The position numbers were made by a program, and so were the translations under genes. This document shows positions 32,501 through 43,583 of a stretch of DNA of 56,097 nt, piece after piece. This DNA comes from Welwitschia mirabilis. Its lineage: Eukaryota. The stretch spans positions 41,883,798-41,939,894 of the forward strand of contig JBOZIK010000001.1 in NCBI GenBank assembly GCA_051453625.1, given 5' to 3'. The first letter of the stretch is position 1. Every line of letters starts with the position of its first letter. Below the pieces are notes generated by a model. The model did no database searches, had not been told where the DNA came from, and saw only the letters and a program-made list of their open reading frames with translations.

Positions 32501-33282
32501 GACCGTGTCTTGTATACACAGCTGCATTTACTTCTATTAGGCATCAAAAGAGCAAAACGAAACATAAAGGTAAATTAATTTCTCTCCCATCAAAGAAAGG
32601 GTGATTTGTTTTAGGTACGATATAATCCACGGATAAGAAAGCATCAAACAATGAGTTTGATGACAACAATAATACTCATAATAAAAAACCATTTTGCCAG
32701 TAATACCCATAGTCTAGTATCCATTAAAAACGATCTTTTTAAATCATATTGATGTCATGTCCTTGTTTCTTATAAACTTACATGTTACCCACTAGGAGAT
32801 GGATTTCATTTTACACGTTCCATTTGTATGTTACAAATAGTATCTTACAGATGTTAACTTCATTTAGAAATATATCTCTTAAGATGTTTAAGACTTAAGG
32901 AAGTTATTTTGCTACATTGCACTACAAGAGCAGAAAAATGCAATAACATATAATATTTTATTTAAATACCTTATCATCTTTATTAGTTTCTGTAGTGACA
33001 ATGTAATTTGCAATTTCTTTATAGGATGGGTTTCTATTATCTTCTTTTAGTATTTGTATAGTGACAGGTTTGAATTATCCAAATGATCTTGGACATTGCT
33101 CCATTTTTATTAGCTTTTTATTTATGTTTTTAGGTGCTTTGAAAGTTTTGAATGCAATTGGATTTATTGAAGATAAGATGACAAACAATGTTGGAACAGT
33201 AGAAGCTTTTCTGATCTTGAAGAGATCTGATCCCGGCTTATTATGGTTAGCTTATTCCATTTTAGAGGCACATATGACATAA
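20472..33282 (+). CDS. WSS1B: WSS1B-like WLM (Wss1-like) zinc metalloprotease with C-terminal PUB domain; 5'-partial, 8 exons: 20472-20552, 20656-20742, 20894-20989, 21073-21126, 21237-22333, 22441-22489, 22597-22636, 33134-33282
   Basis: Manual splicing gives one open frame of 550 aa plus TAA: LHPPPEKALSLMQRLASDPGIVAIMNK|HRWRVGIMTELAPVGYVGVSPKCVLGFNQ|NFGEEISLRLRTDDLKGFRKFESIKKTLLHEL|AHMVHSEHDAQFLALNKQ|LEEEAISLDWTKS...IKFLLTIVR|NILDHPREEKFRRVRK|ANPVFQRNIAKYE|GALKVLNAIGF...LKRSDPGLLWLAYSILEAHMT*. All intron phases are compatible. It has an HExxHxxxxxH motif and a PUB-type NI..HP.E.KFRR.R..N..F...GF motif. The architecture matches the plant UBL-WLM-PUB (WSS1B) family as recalled. Confidence 0.92.
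20656..20742 (+). CDS. WSS1B: WSS1B-like exon (WLM)
   Basis: TAG acceptor, GTGAAC donor; 87 nt, HRWRVGIMTELAPVGYVGVSPKCVLGFNQ. Confidence 0.92.
20894..20989 (+). CDS. WSS1B: WSS1B-like exon (WLM, first half of HExxH)
   Basis: TAG acceptor, GTAAGA donor; 96 nt, NFGEEISLRLRTDDLKGFRKFESIKKTLLHEL. Confidence 0.93.
21073..21126 (+). CDS. WSS1B: WSS1B-like exon (WLM, second half of zinc motif), followed by GC donor
   Basis: CAG acceptor; 54 nt, AHMVHSEHDAQFLALNKQ; donor CAG|GCAAGG. Confidence 0.88.
21237..22333 (+). CDS. WSS1B: WSS1B-like long exon (end of WLM, low-complexity linker, start of PUB)
   Basis: Contains the 359-aa ORF 21258-22337; CAG acceptor ends 21236, donor AG|GTAATA at 22334; motifs LDWTKS, KLGG, ARAS..AAA.HR, EPDPDD. 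Confidence 0.92.
22441..22489 (+). CDS. WSS1B: WSS1B-like exon (PUB)
   Basis: TTTTTTCAG acceptor, GTAAGG donor; (R)NILDHPREEKFRRVRK. Confidence 0.92.
22597..22636 (+). CDS. WSS1B: WSS1B-like exon (PUB)
   Basis: CAG acceptor, GTAACT donor; ANPVFQRNIAKYE(G). Confidence 0.9.
23698..24500 (-). mobile_element. Degenerate copia relic (LTR-like 23698-24058, PPT, decayed internal end)
   Basis: Begins TGTTATAAAA; ATCTTCCACTTGAAGATAAAT at ~24058 closely resembles the PPT junctions at 10813 and 11600. Confidence 0.45.
25077..25305. repeat. ~65-bp diverged tandem repeat, ~3.5 copies
   Basis: Anchor TAAGT(G/A)G(C/T)GA recurs at 25085, 25150, 25216, 25280. Confidence 0.75.
27595..28652. mobile_element. 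Non-autonomous hAT-type DNA transposon (1058 bp)
   Basis: Perfect 8-bp TSD GTTATAAG (27587-27594 and 28653-28660); CA...TG termini; clustered GACTC/GAGTT subterminal motifs at both ends; AT-rich core. Confidence 0.8.
29500..30330 (-). pseudogene. Degenerate gypsy (CRM-like) gag-protease relic
   Basis: Minus-strand KLDGMVSIWWQ...INLWNVVEEEL...KLWRLRE..SIQD resembles the L.G.A..WW...I.TW..M...L..L.Q..S gag pattern. Confidence 0.5.
30950..32800 (-). mobile_element. Degenerate L1-type LINE ORF2 relic (endonuclease and RT)
   Basis: Minus-strand LNPRASQHCPI (cf. LPR..SDHCPI), upstream PWII (cf. PW...GDFN), downstream AGIHREDLVPF (cf. RG.RQGDPLSP) and LFSVIDIILL (cf. LLFADD.LL) in the expected order. 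Confidence 0.65.
32428..32577. repeat. Tandem duplication (73 and 77 bp)
   Basis: GACCGTGTCTTGTATA.ACAGCTGCA...AAACATAAAGGTAAATTA twice. Confidence 0.95.
33134..33282 (+). CDS. WSS1B: WSS1B-like terminal exon (PUB C-terminus)
   Basis: T-rich TAG acceptor, phase 1 matching the previous exon; (G)ALKVLNAIGFIEDKMTNNVGTVEAFLILKRSDPGLLWLAYSILEAHMT-TAA. Confidence 0.88.
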
Positions 33283-33699
33283 AGAGAACTGCTCAAATGT
33301 ATTAATTGTTGAATTGTTTTATAGCAAGATTTATATGTATTATAATTAACAATATGAGTTAACGTACTTTAGAACATATTTTTGTGAAAAATGATGCAGA
33401 AGCATTATAAACATCTAGTATTGAATCTTTGTATTTGTTTTTGCTTTGTAAACGTGCATTACATGAACATTCTGAGTAATAGGAGTAAACTTATAAAAAC
33501 AAATTACTTTTCATTAACTTTGATAATGAAGTAAAAAAATTGCGTTGTCACTTTTATGATGTTTCTTCTATCATATCATCCTAAATGACATGGGCATTTC
33601 AAAGTAAGGAATAAGAACTTTGCATAAACATTTAGTTAACCATGAGAAGATCCTTCGGTTGTTTTTTTGTATATTTAAGGTACATCATATATCTAAGAT

Positions 33700-34340
33700 A
33701 GTTAAAGAGTGATTGTTGCTATTGCTAAAACCTTTTTTGATGAACCTATGAGATATCTTGTAAGCCTTAGTGAAGGGAACATCAGCCATATAGAAGTTCT
33801 TTCGTTGGTTTTTAGTTTTTCTGCCCTTTAGAGTCCAAGTATCCCTTACAAACTTCATTTACGATTTTAATATTTTATTCAAATTCTTTTGACTTTTATT
33901 TTTTGTAGTACATGAAGTTTAAAAACCAAAATGAACTCATGTCTAATTTGGAGCTTTGTGGATATAGTTTATGCTTTGATGCAGACGTATTTTATAAACT
34001 ATAAAAATGTGTTAAACCATTGAAGTAAAATCGTTGTATGTATATTGTGAGTGTTAAAGTTTGGCTTATCGAAGAAAACAGGATTTGTGAGAAAACATTG
34101 AAGAGTTAATGAGAATTGTTGATGGTTTGATTTTAACATAAAACCTGGTAAGACATAAATAGAATTCAAGTAATCTTAGATACCAATCAAAGTAATATCT
34201 TTAAAAATGTGAACTTGTATTGTTGATATTTTGTCTATATTGTTTAGCTATTCTATCTTATGAAGACGATTTGTGGTTTTAGATGTATAACTTTCACATA
34301 TGAAAGGTCATGATTCACTATGGACATATTTTGTGAAATA
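33700..34340 (+). pseudogene. Possible decayed hAT transposase fragment
   Basis: Frameshifted motifs resembling W...GCS...DGW, VQV.TDN.SN and PC.AH...L.L.DI in order; weak. Confidence 0.35.
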
Positions 34341-34899
34341 ATCAAAGTTAACTAACAATGAGACTGGTTGTCACATCTACCTTTTTCTTTCCAAGAGGCC
34401 TATTTCGTAGTTTCATGTATAACAATAGATAAATTGTNNNNNNNNNNNNNNNNNNNNNNNNNNNNNNNNNNNNNNNNNNNNNNNNNNNNNNNNNNCATAG
34501 TGACAAAAAGATCATTAATGGAAATGTGAATTCCTTTATAGAATAATATAAAGAACACATTTGAGTAAAAGAGGGAAACAATATGAATTTGACGTAGTTT
34601 GACCTTATTTAGCTTGCGTCTATAAATAAGATCTTTGTTTATAGTAGCTTAGATTTATAACCAAAAACAATACAACAACATGCCAATCCTTAGTTGTAAC
34701 ATCAATCAAAAGCCTTGCAATAATTTCTTTTATGATTTTATTCGATTGCTAATTATAGTTAGGCATGATGGTTTCTTAAAAGTAACGGTTTTTTTTTTGC
34801 TTTTTATGCCTTTAATGCTTACCCATCAAATTGAGTTTTAATAAATATTAAGATTGCCTCACTTGTAATGCTACTAAAGCCAAAGATACTTTTCACTCA

Positions 34900-35830
34900 T
34901 AAATGTTCTAAATCACTGGGAATAGCATCAAATTAGTTGGAAACTAGTCATACTCTTATAGAATCATGTCAAATATATTGCTTATTATTCCAAACACATG
35001 TTGGAAGGAAAACTGTTATCTAGTGAGAGGATATCATTGCACTATTCCTTACAATGTAGAAATAAATTTTGGGGATCGGCAATTAACTTTGGTTCTATTA
35101 TGTTCATTTGAAAATTTAAAAAAAAAAGCCTTGGGTTTTTGGGCAAATTTAATAAAAAACTTATGTTGTCAGGTCTTTGTTTTACTAACATCAAATACAT
35201 CAAGTGATATCTCTTTTTCTTTCTCAAAGAATTGAATTAAATCATTTGCTATAGTTGTAATATCCAAAACATCTCAACATTAAAAGAATTGAAATTTTCA
35301 TATTTTTAGGCACCTAGCTAAAATCTTCTTAACAATTTGCTATAGATCAACCTTTGGATGCTTGAATTTTGAATAAACTTCTTGTAGAATTCTTTTGGAG
35401 TTATTGACCATCACCAAATCACTGGCATAAAATTCATTAAGTTTCTTCTCCTCATTTGACACTACTTTATACTTTTCCATTGCTTTTCTGTAACCGATTA
35501 ACAACAAATCCATGCAAGTAAACTATTTGTTGCACTTATTTACAAACTTTGAAGGATTTTCAACTATACCTACAATACCAAGTATATACAATACAAAACT
35601 ATAATTATATAAAATACCGCAAATAGAGATTCTCGATGTATATGTTAATTGCATTATTGTAAGAAAATTTTGCATGTGTGAGTTTTGTTCCCCATTTTGA
35701 AGGATCTTCTTTACACAAGAACCTCAACAAGATGTCTAAGCTACAATTTGCAACCCCTACTTGCACGTTTATCATGGGTAATATGCCATTTGTGCGAGAC
35801 ATATTAAACTCAGTTGATGTTGATTGATTA
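34900..35830 (-). pseudogene. Gypsy (CRM-like) integrase fragment
   Basis: VQVGVANCSLDILLRFLCKEDPSKWGTKLTHAKFSYNNAIN resembles GQTEVVNRSLGNLLR.L....P..WD..L..AEFAYN. Confidence 0.7.
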
Positions 35831-38746
35831 AATAATGTGTGTCTTTGGTTAGAAAATATGAATTAGTTTTGAATGCATCATCTTCATGAAGGTGAGTGTG
35901 TAGGAAGTATGATCACTCAAGTTGAACCTAATAGCACTGCGATATGGTACAAAGGAAGAATGATAGCTAACAAAAGATTTATATGGCTTTGATAATAACA
36001 ATAATCGCAAATTCATAATCTGCAGATACATTTTAATTAATGATGCAACTATTTTAGTGATGTAATCGTGCAATAATGCAAACTATATTAATCATGTATA
36101 ATGAGTGTAGTACTAAACTAATAAATTCAATTTTGTTTTCATCCAAAACATTCGTTATGATCTATAACCTTGAATTAATGAGTCATAGACCATGAGAAAC
36201 ATAATTTTGTTCTTAAGAAGTTATAGACATTTCTCATGTATCCAAGATGTAATGGAGCCCAAGTGGATAGCACTTAGCCAAGGACACTTCCAAGGATTGT
36301 AGACATGAGTCTCAAACTAGATCTAAGGAACTCCATCAGACTTCACAATAAATAAGGTAAAAAGGTACCAAAAACTACTATAAATTGGGTATAAATACAA
36401 CTCTAATGGTGGGGTGGTTACATAGGAGTAGTAGTATTAGTTTACTTAATAACTATTTTTTAAAATCTCAGAATGCACATTGTTAATTTAATGTCAATTT
36501 GACTTGATGTTGGGTTAATTGCTAATTTGGTGTTGATCTCTCATCAGTTTGCCTTAATGTAATTTTTCAAGTTTCTAACAACTATTGAACTTGCATTAAT
36601 ATGAATTGGTAATGAATTGATAAAGTTGTTTAGGAAGCTAAGGAAATGATGCCTACTTGGTATAGATCTACCATCGAGTGGAATCGGCAAGAACTAATGT
36701 TTCTAATGTTTTCATTGATTTGATATTAATCCTTTATTAATTTGAAATGATGGGAATTTTGTATGTTCATTGTTAGTGCAAATTTGGTGTCGATGTGGTA
36801 TTGATTAGAATCGAAGTTAGGCAAATTGCATTTTTCAAAGTATTTTTGTCATAGACTTAAAGGCACTTTGGAACTCGCCATATAATTTTGTCAATTTAAT
36901 GCATTAGTCAATTACTTCTAAGAAATATTTGTTTTGCAAAATCTTTTGCCACTTTATAATATACTAGAATTGGTGTCATGTTGGAAGCTTATAGCGCAAC
37001 TACTTCCTTTTCTTCTTAACCATAGAATGGTTTGGTATTAAGTTGAATCTATAGCTATCAAGCTAGCATCAATGTTGATGGATGTTGAACCAAGGATTGT
37101 TGACTTAGAAAAAAACAGGATGTTTTTTTTTAGCTGCCAAATTTCAAAATTCAAATACGTTCATTTACTTGCAAGACATTTGTGTAAATTAAGAGACAAG
37201 ATATTAATTAGTAAACAAAATCTCAGCAAAATAACCACATCAATGTATCAAATCCAAGATTCATCACACACTCCCCCATCTAATACGTTGGAAATCCCTT
37301 GGGAAAAGTAGACTTCTATAGTTAACAATAGAAAAACAAGAATATACAAAGGCTTTGGGCTCACAAATCATTTCAATCACTAGAAGTCATAGATATTTTG
37401 AAAAGAAAGGTATGTTCTTGACATTTGTACTCATTTTTCATTTTTACTTTTGTAAATATTGATATTTGGAATTGAGTTTTGTATTATATTTGATAAGAAT
37501 GTATGGTAACATAATGAAAGATTAATAAAGAATTCATTATAAAAGTTACATATATTTCTAGTTCTAGAATATTCTTATTATTCTTATTGAAGTGTGTGCC
37601 TTTTCTATTAATATAAATTCTACAACCAGTCCACATCAAATGGGATTCTAAAATGTTAATCAATCTGAAATGAATATTTTGAGTTTAATGATTTTATTTT
37701 TCAAAATTTAGGTAAGGTTTGTCATGGAATATGTTAGCTTATGCTACTAAATTTAAGAGCCATGGAATGATTCCAACGACTTGGGATTTTTATAAGGGCA
37801 TCTTTTTTTACTACAAAAAGGATCTTTAATATCAAAGAATAATGTTGGATTTGATTTTTAAGGGTTAAGTGATGCTTTACATTTTGAAATGTAGCCATTA
37901 AGCAGAGGTATGCATTGCTTCTTTGACGCAATATAATGTTTCTAACTTACATAGTTTTGGATGATTCAAGGATGAACATGAGCAAGCCAAGTGAACATGA
38001 CTCATATGATGTAGAACATGACACTTCAAGGGTTGGCTGATGTTGGACACAAGAATTTTGTGTAAATTTATTTCAAAATTTTAAGTATCAAAACTGAAAT
38101 TATTATGGATTTAGGTTTTATAATTTGGTTCTAACATTCAACTAATACAATATGTCTTCAATTAAAATCTTAAAGTACCCTTCCACTCTATATCTCTAAG
38201 AAATTTAACATCATGGAGGAAGATATGCATAATGATTTGGCACATACAAGAAAACTGGTTTCATACAAACATAGCATATTACTTATATGTTTCACTTTGA
38301 TTCTAACTCTTCCTAAGAATTCAAAGTGCTTTAATCACAATATTTTATCAAATGTGCCTTTTACTTGAGTTAATAATCCAAGACCTGATTGTAAAATTTG
38401 ATATTTTCATTGTATAAGCTTTATTAATAATGACCTTAAAAACTATGAACAAGGCTTGCCCATGTGTTAAGCAAGAAGATTTTCTTAATTAGACTAAAGA
38501 GTATCAACACTAAATATGAAAGCCAAAAAAATTTCACATTCTACAATTGTTCAATTGATTTGATATCCAATATCTAAAATTTTAGAGAGTGGAAGTCATT
38601 TTAGCTTACTAAAAGTAAATCTCATAGATATAAAATTATCATCAAGTATTAATAACGTTAAAAAATTCTGATGATAGTTTTAGATATACATTGTTTTACA
38701 AGTGTGTGTGCATATGCATGTGTGTATGCATAAAGAAAGGACACAT

Positions 38747-38786
38747 GGGTGGGAGGGGATGGGATGGGATGGGGTGGGGGTTGGGG
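38747..38786 (+). other. G-quadruplex-forming motif (8 G-tracts)
   Basis: GGGTGGGAGGGGATGGGATGGGATGGGGTGGGGGTTGGGG. Confidence 0.8.
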
Positions 38787-41700
38787 TGTAGGTGTGCATA
38801 AGACCACATATGCATGCGCATGTGCATGTGCATGTAATGAAATCATAGTCTATCCTTTGTCCAAAACTATTTTTAAAACAAATGTAATAAACTATTATAT
38901 TGAACCATTTAAAACAATTATAAAAAATTATTTAGTAAAAATGATAGCAAGAACATCACTTTTGGGAACTTGACATTAAGAGGAGTCGGTTTAAACATTG
39001 TTTATAAGGTGACAAATTTCATGTCTCGAATTTGAAGCCTAAGGTGTTTACGTTGGCTTGTAATCCATATTCAGCGACTCAAGGAATACATAGACATAGA
39101 CTTCAACATCTTGGGTATGAATCACAAGTGAGACCTAAGCTTTTCAATGGATGGGCCTTAAGTCAACGAGGGAAATCCATTGGTTTTGGCTTACGAAGTA
39201 AATCGGTGATATTTCCCTACCCAAAAACAAAAAAGAAAAGAGAACAGAAAGGGAAAGAAAAAGAACAAAAGAAAAATAAAAATAAAAAGGAAGGTAAAAA
39301 AAAGAATTACATTTGAATTTGAAAGAATGAAAGAAGTGATTCATTTCCTAATCAATTAATGAGCACATGGATAAGTGAAATGAAGATAGCCAAAGTAAAG
39401 ATAGAAGAAGATGGAAAGGATTAAGTATGCAAATCAACACTTAATCTATCTGAGGGAATTGCTTAAGAAAATTCCTTGAGAAAAAGATGGACAAGAAGAG
39501 AATAACAATTAAGATAGTTAGCAATTCAATCTATACGAGGATGTTTCTCAAGAGAATCTTAAGAAGAAGAAATAAGAAGTGCCATAATAAAAAGAGACTT
39601 AGTGATAAGCCTACGTCGTAATAAATAAGACTTATTAGAACAAGAGTTCTTTCCACAAATATATGTGGAATTTTGAATAGGACATTTGAGGAATCTATCC
39701 CATACTAACTTTAATTATAGGAGTGATTAAGTTTGAGAATTATAATGAAATATTTAAAGTTCTATTGGAGTTTTATTATTTATTAGCTACCTATATATTT
39801 TTCTATTATATTTTAAAGGTTTTTGTTTTACTTAAGGTTTATTTCTTCTGAGGGTTTGGATTTACTATAGGAATTAGAATCACAAATCTAATTCTTCATT
39901 TAATACCTAAGGATAAATTAAGTAGAAACAACAAAATCAATATGTGTGTAAGTGAGAAAATCCACAATGAGTAAATGAAATTATCTCAAGAAAATATAGA
40001 ACCTTGGAGGGTATAAGAATAAGTTGTACCCGAGGAAAAACCTAAAGAAGATATTAAAATTACAAGACAAAAATATTTATTTTAGGAAATATGTTCATCC
40101 TTAATATTTTAGTTAAGGGGAGAAAGCACAACAATTGCCATCAAATGATGATGCGATGCCACCTTTATCTCACATGTTGCAATTGCTCCATATACTCTGA
40201 AATGTGGAATATTCAAAATATTATGAATGAATGTGACTTAAAATGTCACAAAGGAAATTGTTGAAAAATTCTCGTAACATTTTTATTCACCACATTATGT
40301 GTGTGCATGTGTGTGTGTGGTGGGGTATATGGATGTGTATGTTCTCACACATGCATGTGCATGCATGCATGTATGTGTGTGTAGTAACTTCATACTTTAT
40401 CATCTATGCAAAACAATTTTTAAAATAATTATAATAAATTCTTATATTAGAATTCCTTGATAAGGAAAAAAAGATAAGATAGGTTAAGACAAGAATAAGA
40501 AACTAAATAAGAAACCTAATGAATCCTAAATTTTAATAAAATAAGGTATCAATAGTTAGAAATTTCATTATTTTTAGAACTATAATACTACATTTAGAGG
40601 TATTTACATACTTTTTAGGTAATAGGGGCCTCAAATGTTCAATGAGCTCAAAATGATGCTTTATGATCTAGTTTGAGGCTTTTTGCAATGACTATAATTA
40701 AGAGGTTAAGATTGAGCACAAAAATATGAGCTTGGAAGACTTCTTTAGCACATTGGTCCTAAGGACTTCTCATAGCCCCCTTTCCATATCTCATCCATTT
40801 ACTTATGCAATGATTCCAACTCATTTTGACATCGGATGTGTGACATTAGAGTATATTAAGACATCAGGACCTTGGAAATTTACATTCTAAAAGCTATAAT
40901 CTACTCATTTCTAGTTATTTTTGAGATTGCATCTAAAAACAATAAGTGTTATTTACCTTTATGTATTTATGCTTACGTTTACATGATTTGTGCATTTTCA
41001 TTATGCTTTCCATTCAATGTAATTAGACTTCTAATGTGTATTTAGTGCTAGTAGAATTGTAAAACATTTAGTACCTATCGTAGAAATATTTGGTATTGCA
41101 TGGCTGGTAACTTAATGCTAAAAGAAGCATGTGTTCTATTCATCTTCTCTCTTCTTTCCTCCATGCTTCTCATCTCTTTTAGTACATTCTCTCACAATCC
41201 CATCTTTCTTTTTAAATAAGAAATGATGAATTTCTCTTTTCTTCTTTCTAATAGAACAACTTTAGCATTTATAGATTTTGTTTTATTAATTCTAAAATTG
41301 AAATTATTGATTATTACATTAGTTCTTTTCTCACCTTTCTCCTTTTCTCAATTAAAGTAAAACAAGTAAATTTTAGTGTTTGTTTTAACATACGTCTTAT
41401 TCTACGATTCCAATTGTTCTAAAACTTTGTTTATAGATTCCTCTCTTGAGTTGCAAATTTTCATGCTCAAAATGCTAAAACCTAAACTTGGCCTTTGAAA
41501 TCCCATTTTTTTCATTTATAGTTGAAGTTGGTGTTTTACTTAAAAATTTTCTGAATTTGCGATATCTAAATTTTTCCAATTTTACAAATTAAAGTTTTAG
41601 TCATTATTGATCTATTTTTATAAAATTAATATTTAATGTTGTAGTATTTGTTAAGTGATTTTAGATATGAAACCCATTTTTTCCCCTCAAGTTCTCAGTT

Positions 41701-43137
41701 TTTCTTAATATTCTTGGTCAAAAGTGGGGTTGACCATAATTTTTCTAGGGTTTTCTAGATGATTTGTTTCTAATTGGTTTCAATCAATTTCACTTGATCT
41801 TGAATATTTGATTCTATAGAATTGTTTTAGGACATATTCTAAGGACTCTTATGGTTTTAAAAATTTCTAAGTCCCCTTTCTTGAGTTTTCTCTTTCTTCC
41901 ATCTCTCATCTTTCTTTCTTCCAATCAAAATATCATGAAATTAACTAAGTCCTAGATTGATTAAATAAACATTCACATGTTGGTTTTTATTAATTACATC
42001 TTGATTCATAACCTAACTTACATTCTACTTGCCCTAGTTAACTCAATTCAAGCTCAATTAAGAGATATCTTTCAAGTTAAATGTATTGAAATTTAGTAAA
42101 AATATTGTTAAAGTCAAACAATTTGCTATGTGAATTTGAATAATCATGTTTTAAAAGTGCTATATTTTGTTCTAAGTTATTATAAAATTAATATAAAATG
42201 TAATAACATGTGTAGATTACTCATATGAATCCATTTTTACATTATTTCTAGTAGTGAACTTCTTCAGGAAAAATATTTTTACATAAAGAAAAAATAAAGT
42301 TAGGTTGATTATTTTAACTCTTTTTAATCATTCATGTGAGTTATAAATGATCTTTAGTGTGATAGTGAATGTTCATAGAATTTTATTTCTTTCTTATTTA
42401 TTGCAGTTCTCTTTTCACATCTCATGAAATTTGGCTTTCTACACATGTAGTTCTTAATGTTAACTAAGTCATGTGTTGTAATTATAGGATGTCACTTGTG
42501 AGATAATGTTTTATCATGTAAGGTTATAATTTGATAAGGCAATGTACAATATGTTCATAAGATTCTATATCAAGTGTCCATTGGTTTGATACTCGTGTTC
42601 TTCCACAATGAATGAAATTTAACACAAGACATATATTTATACCTAATTTTTAAAGTATTTATGCTTGATTTCCTTTCCTTGAGTTAAATTATTATGCTAA
42701 GGACACAAATATTTTTGTGAAGGCTTTGAGCATGATCTCCTCATTTTAAAAATTGAGTTTGAACTTTGATCAAAATTGGTGCTATTTTCAAGGAAACTTG
42801 TGATTTATGTTATATGAAATATTGTATTTATCTTTCTAATTAGACATGCATTTATAGAAGTTGTTATGTTTTTAAGGGCTTTCTATATTACAAATACATC
42901 AATGAACCTGTAAATCCTACATTACTCCAATAAGCCTTCCAGGTGCACACATATCTTCTTATCTTTTATAGTATGCATTTTTGAGTAAATCTTGAATTAG
43001 TACCCAAAAACATTTAGAAAGATTGCATAATTCTAAGCTATCATCACCAAATCATCTCTTTTTACCTTTATTAGTACCATCACCTTCCTAAAACTTTTAC
43101 CACCTATCTAAAACCTTAAATTATCTTTCTTTTTAAA

Positions 43138-43490
43138 TGGCTACCCAAGATAGTAACACTCAATATCTTAATCCTCAACCTACTCTTGGATAACATTTTG
43201 AAGGTTGAAAAACCAATTTCTTTATATCTGTCACCCATGATATTGCAGTTTCTACAAAAAATCTTAAGCATTTTTCCCTACTTTTCAGGGTTTAGATCAT
43301 AATGTTCCTTATGAATTTCTTGAAGAATTTGATCTGGTTTTTAAGATTACACCTTAGGATCATTCTAATATAGAGAAAGTAGTAATTCTCCCTATTATTT
43401 TAAAGGAGAAGTGCTAAATGTTGAAAATACATTTCTCATGATATAAAGGTTTTCATAATTCATGCTAAAATTCACTATAAAATCGATCAA
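43138..43490 (+). pseudogene. Athila-like gag N-terminal relic, truncated
   Basis: FPTFQGLDHNVPYEFLEEFDLVF...LPIILKEK resembles LP.F.G...E.P...L.EF...FP..L..K. Confidence 0.55.
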
Positions 43491-43583
43491 AATGGTTGAA
43501 TTTGTAACTTAACAGTTTCATGTACTAGAATGATAAAATGTATTGGAAACGATGTTATTTTTTCTTATCATTAGATCCATTAC

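Noticed and set aside
33061..33133. N-terminal part of the 73-aa ORF 33061-33282
   Set aside because: T-rich intron and acceptor sequence; only 33134 onward fits the PUB domain and splice phase
36000..43100. Host genes in the AT-rich block 3' of the gene
   Set aside because: No coherent exons; it looks like decayed retrotransposon non-coding and LTR sequence that I cannot delimit reliably
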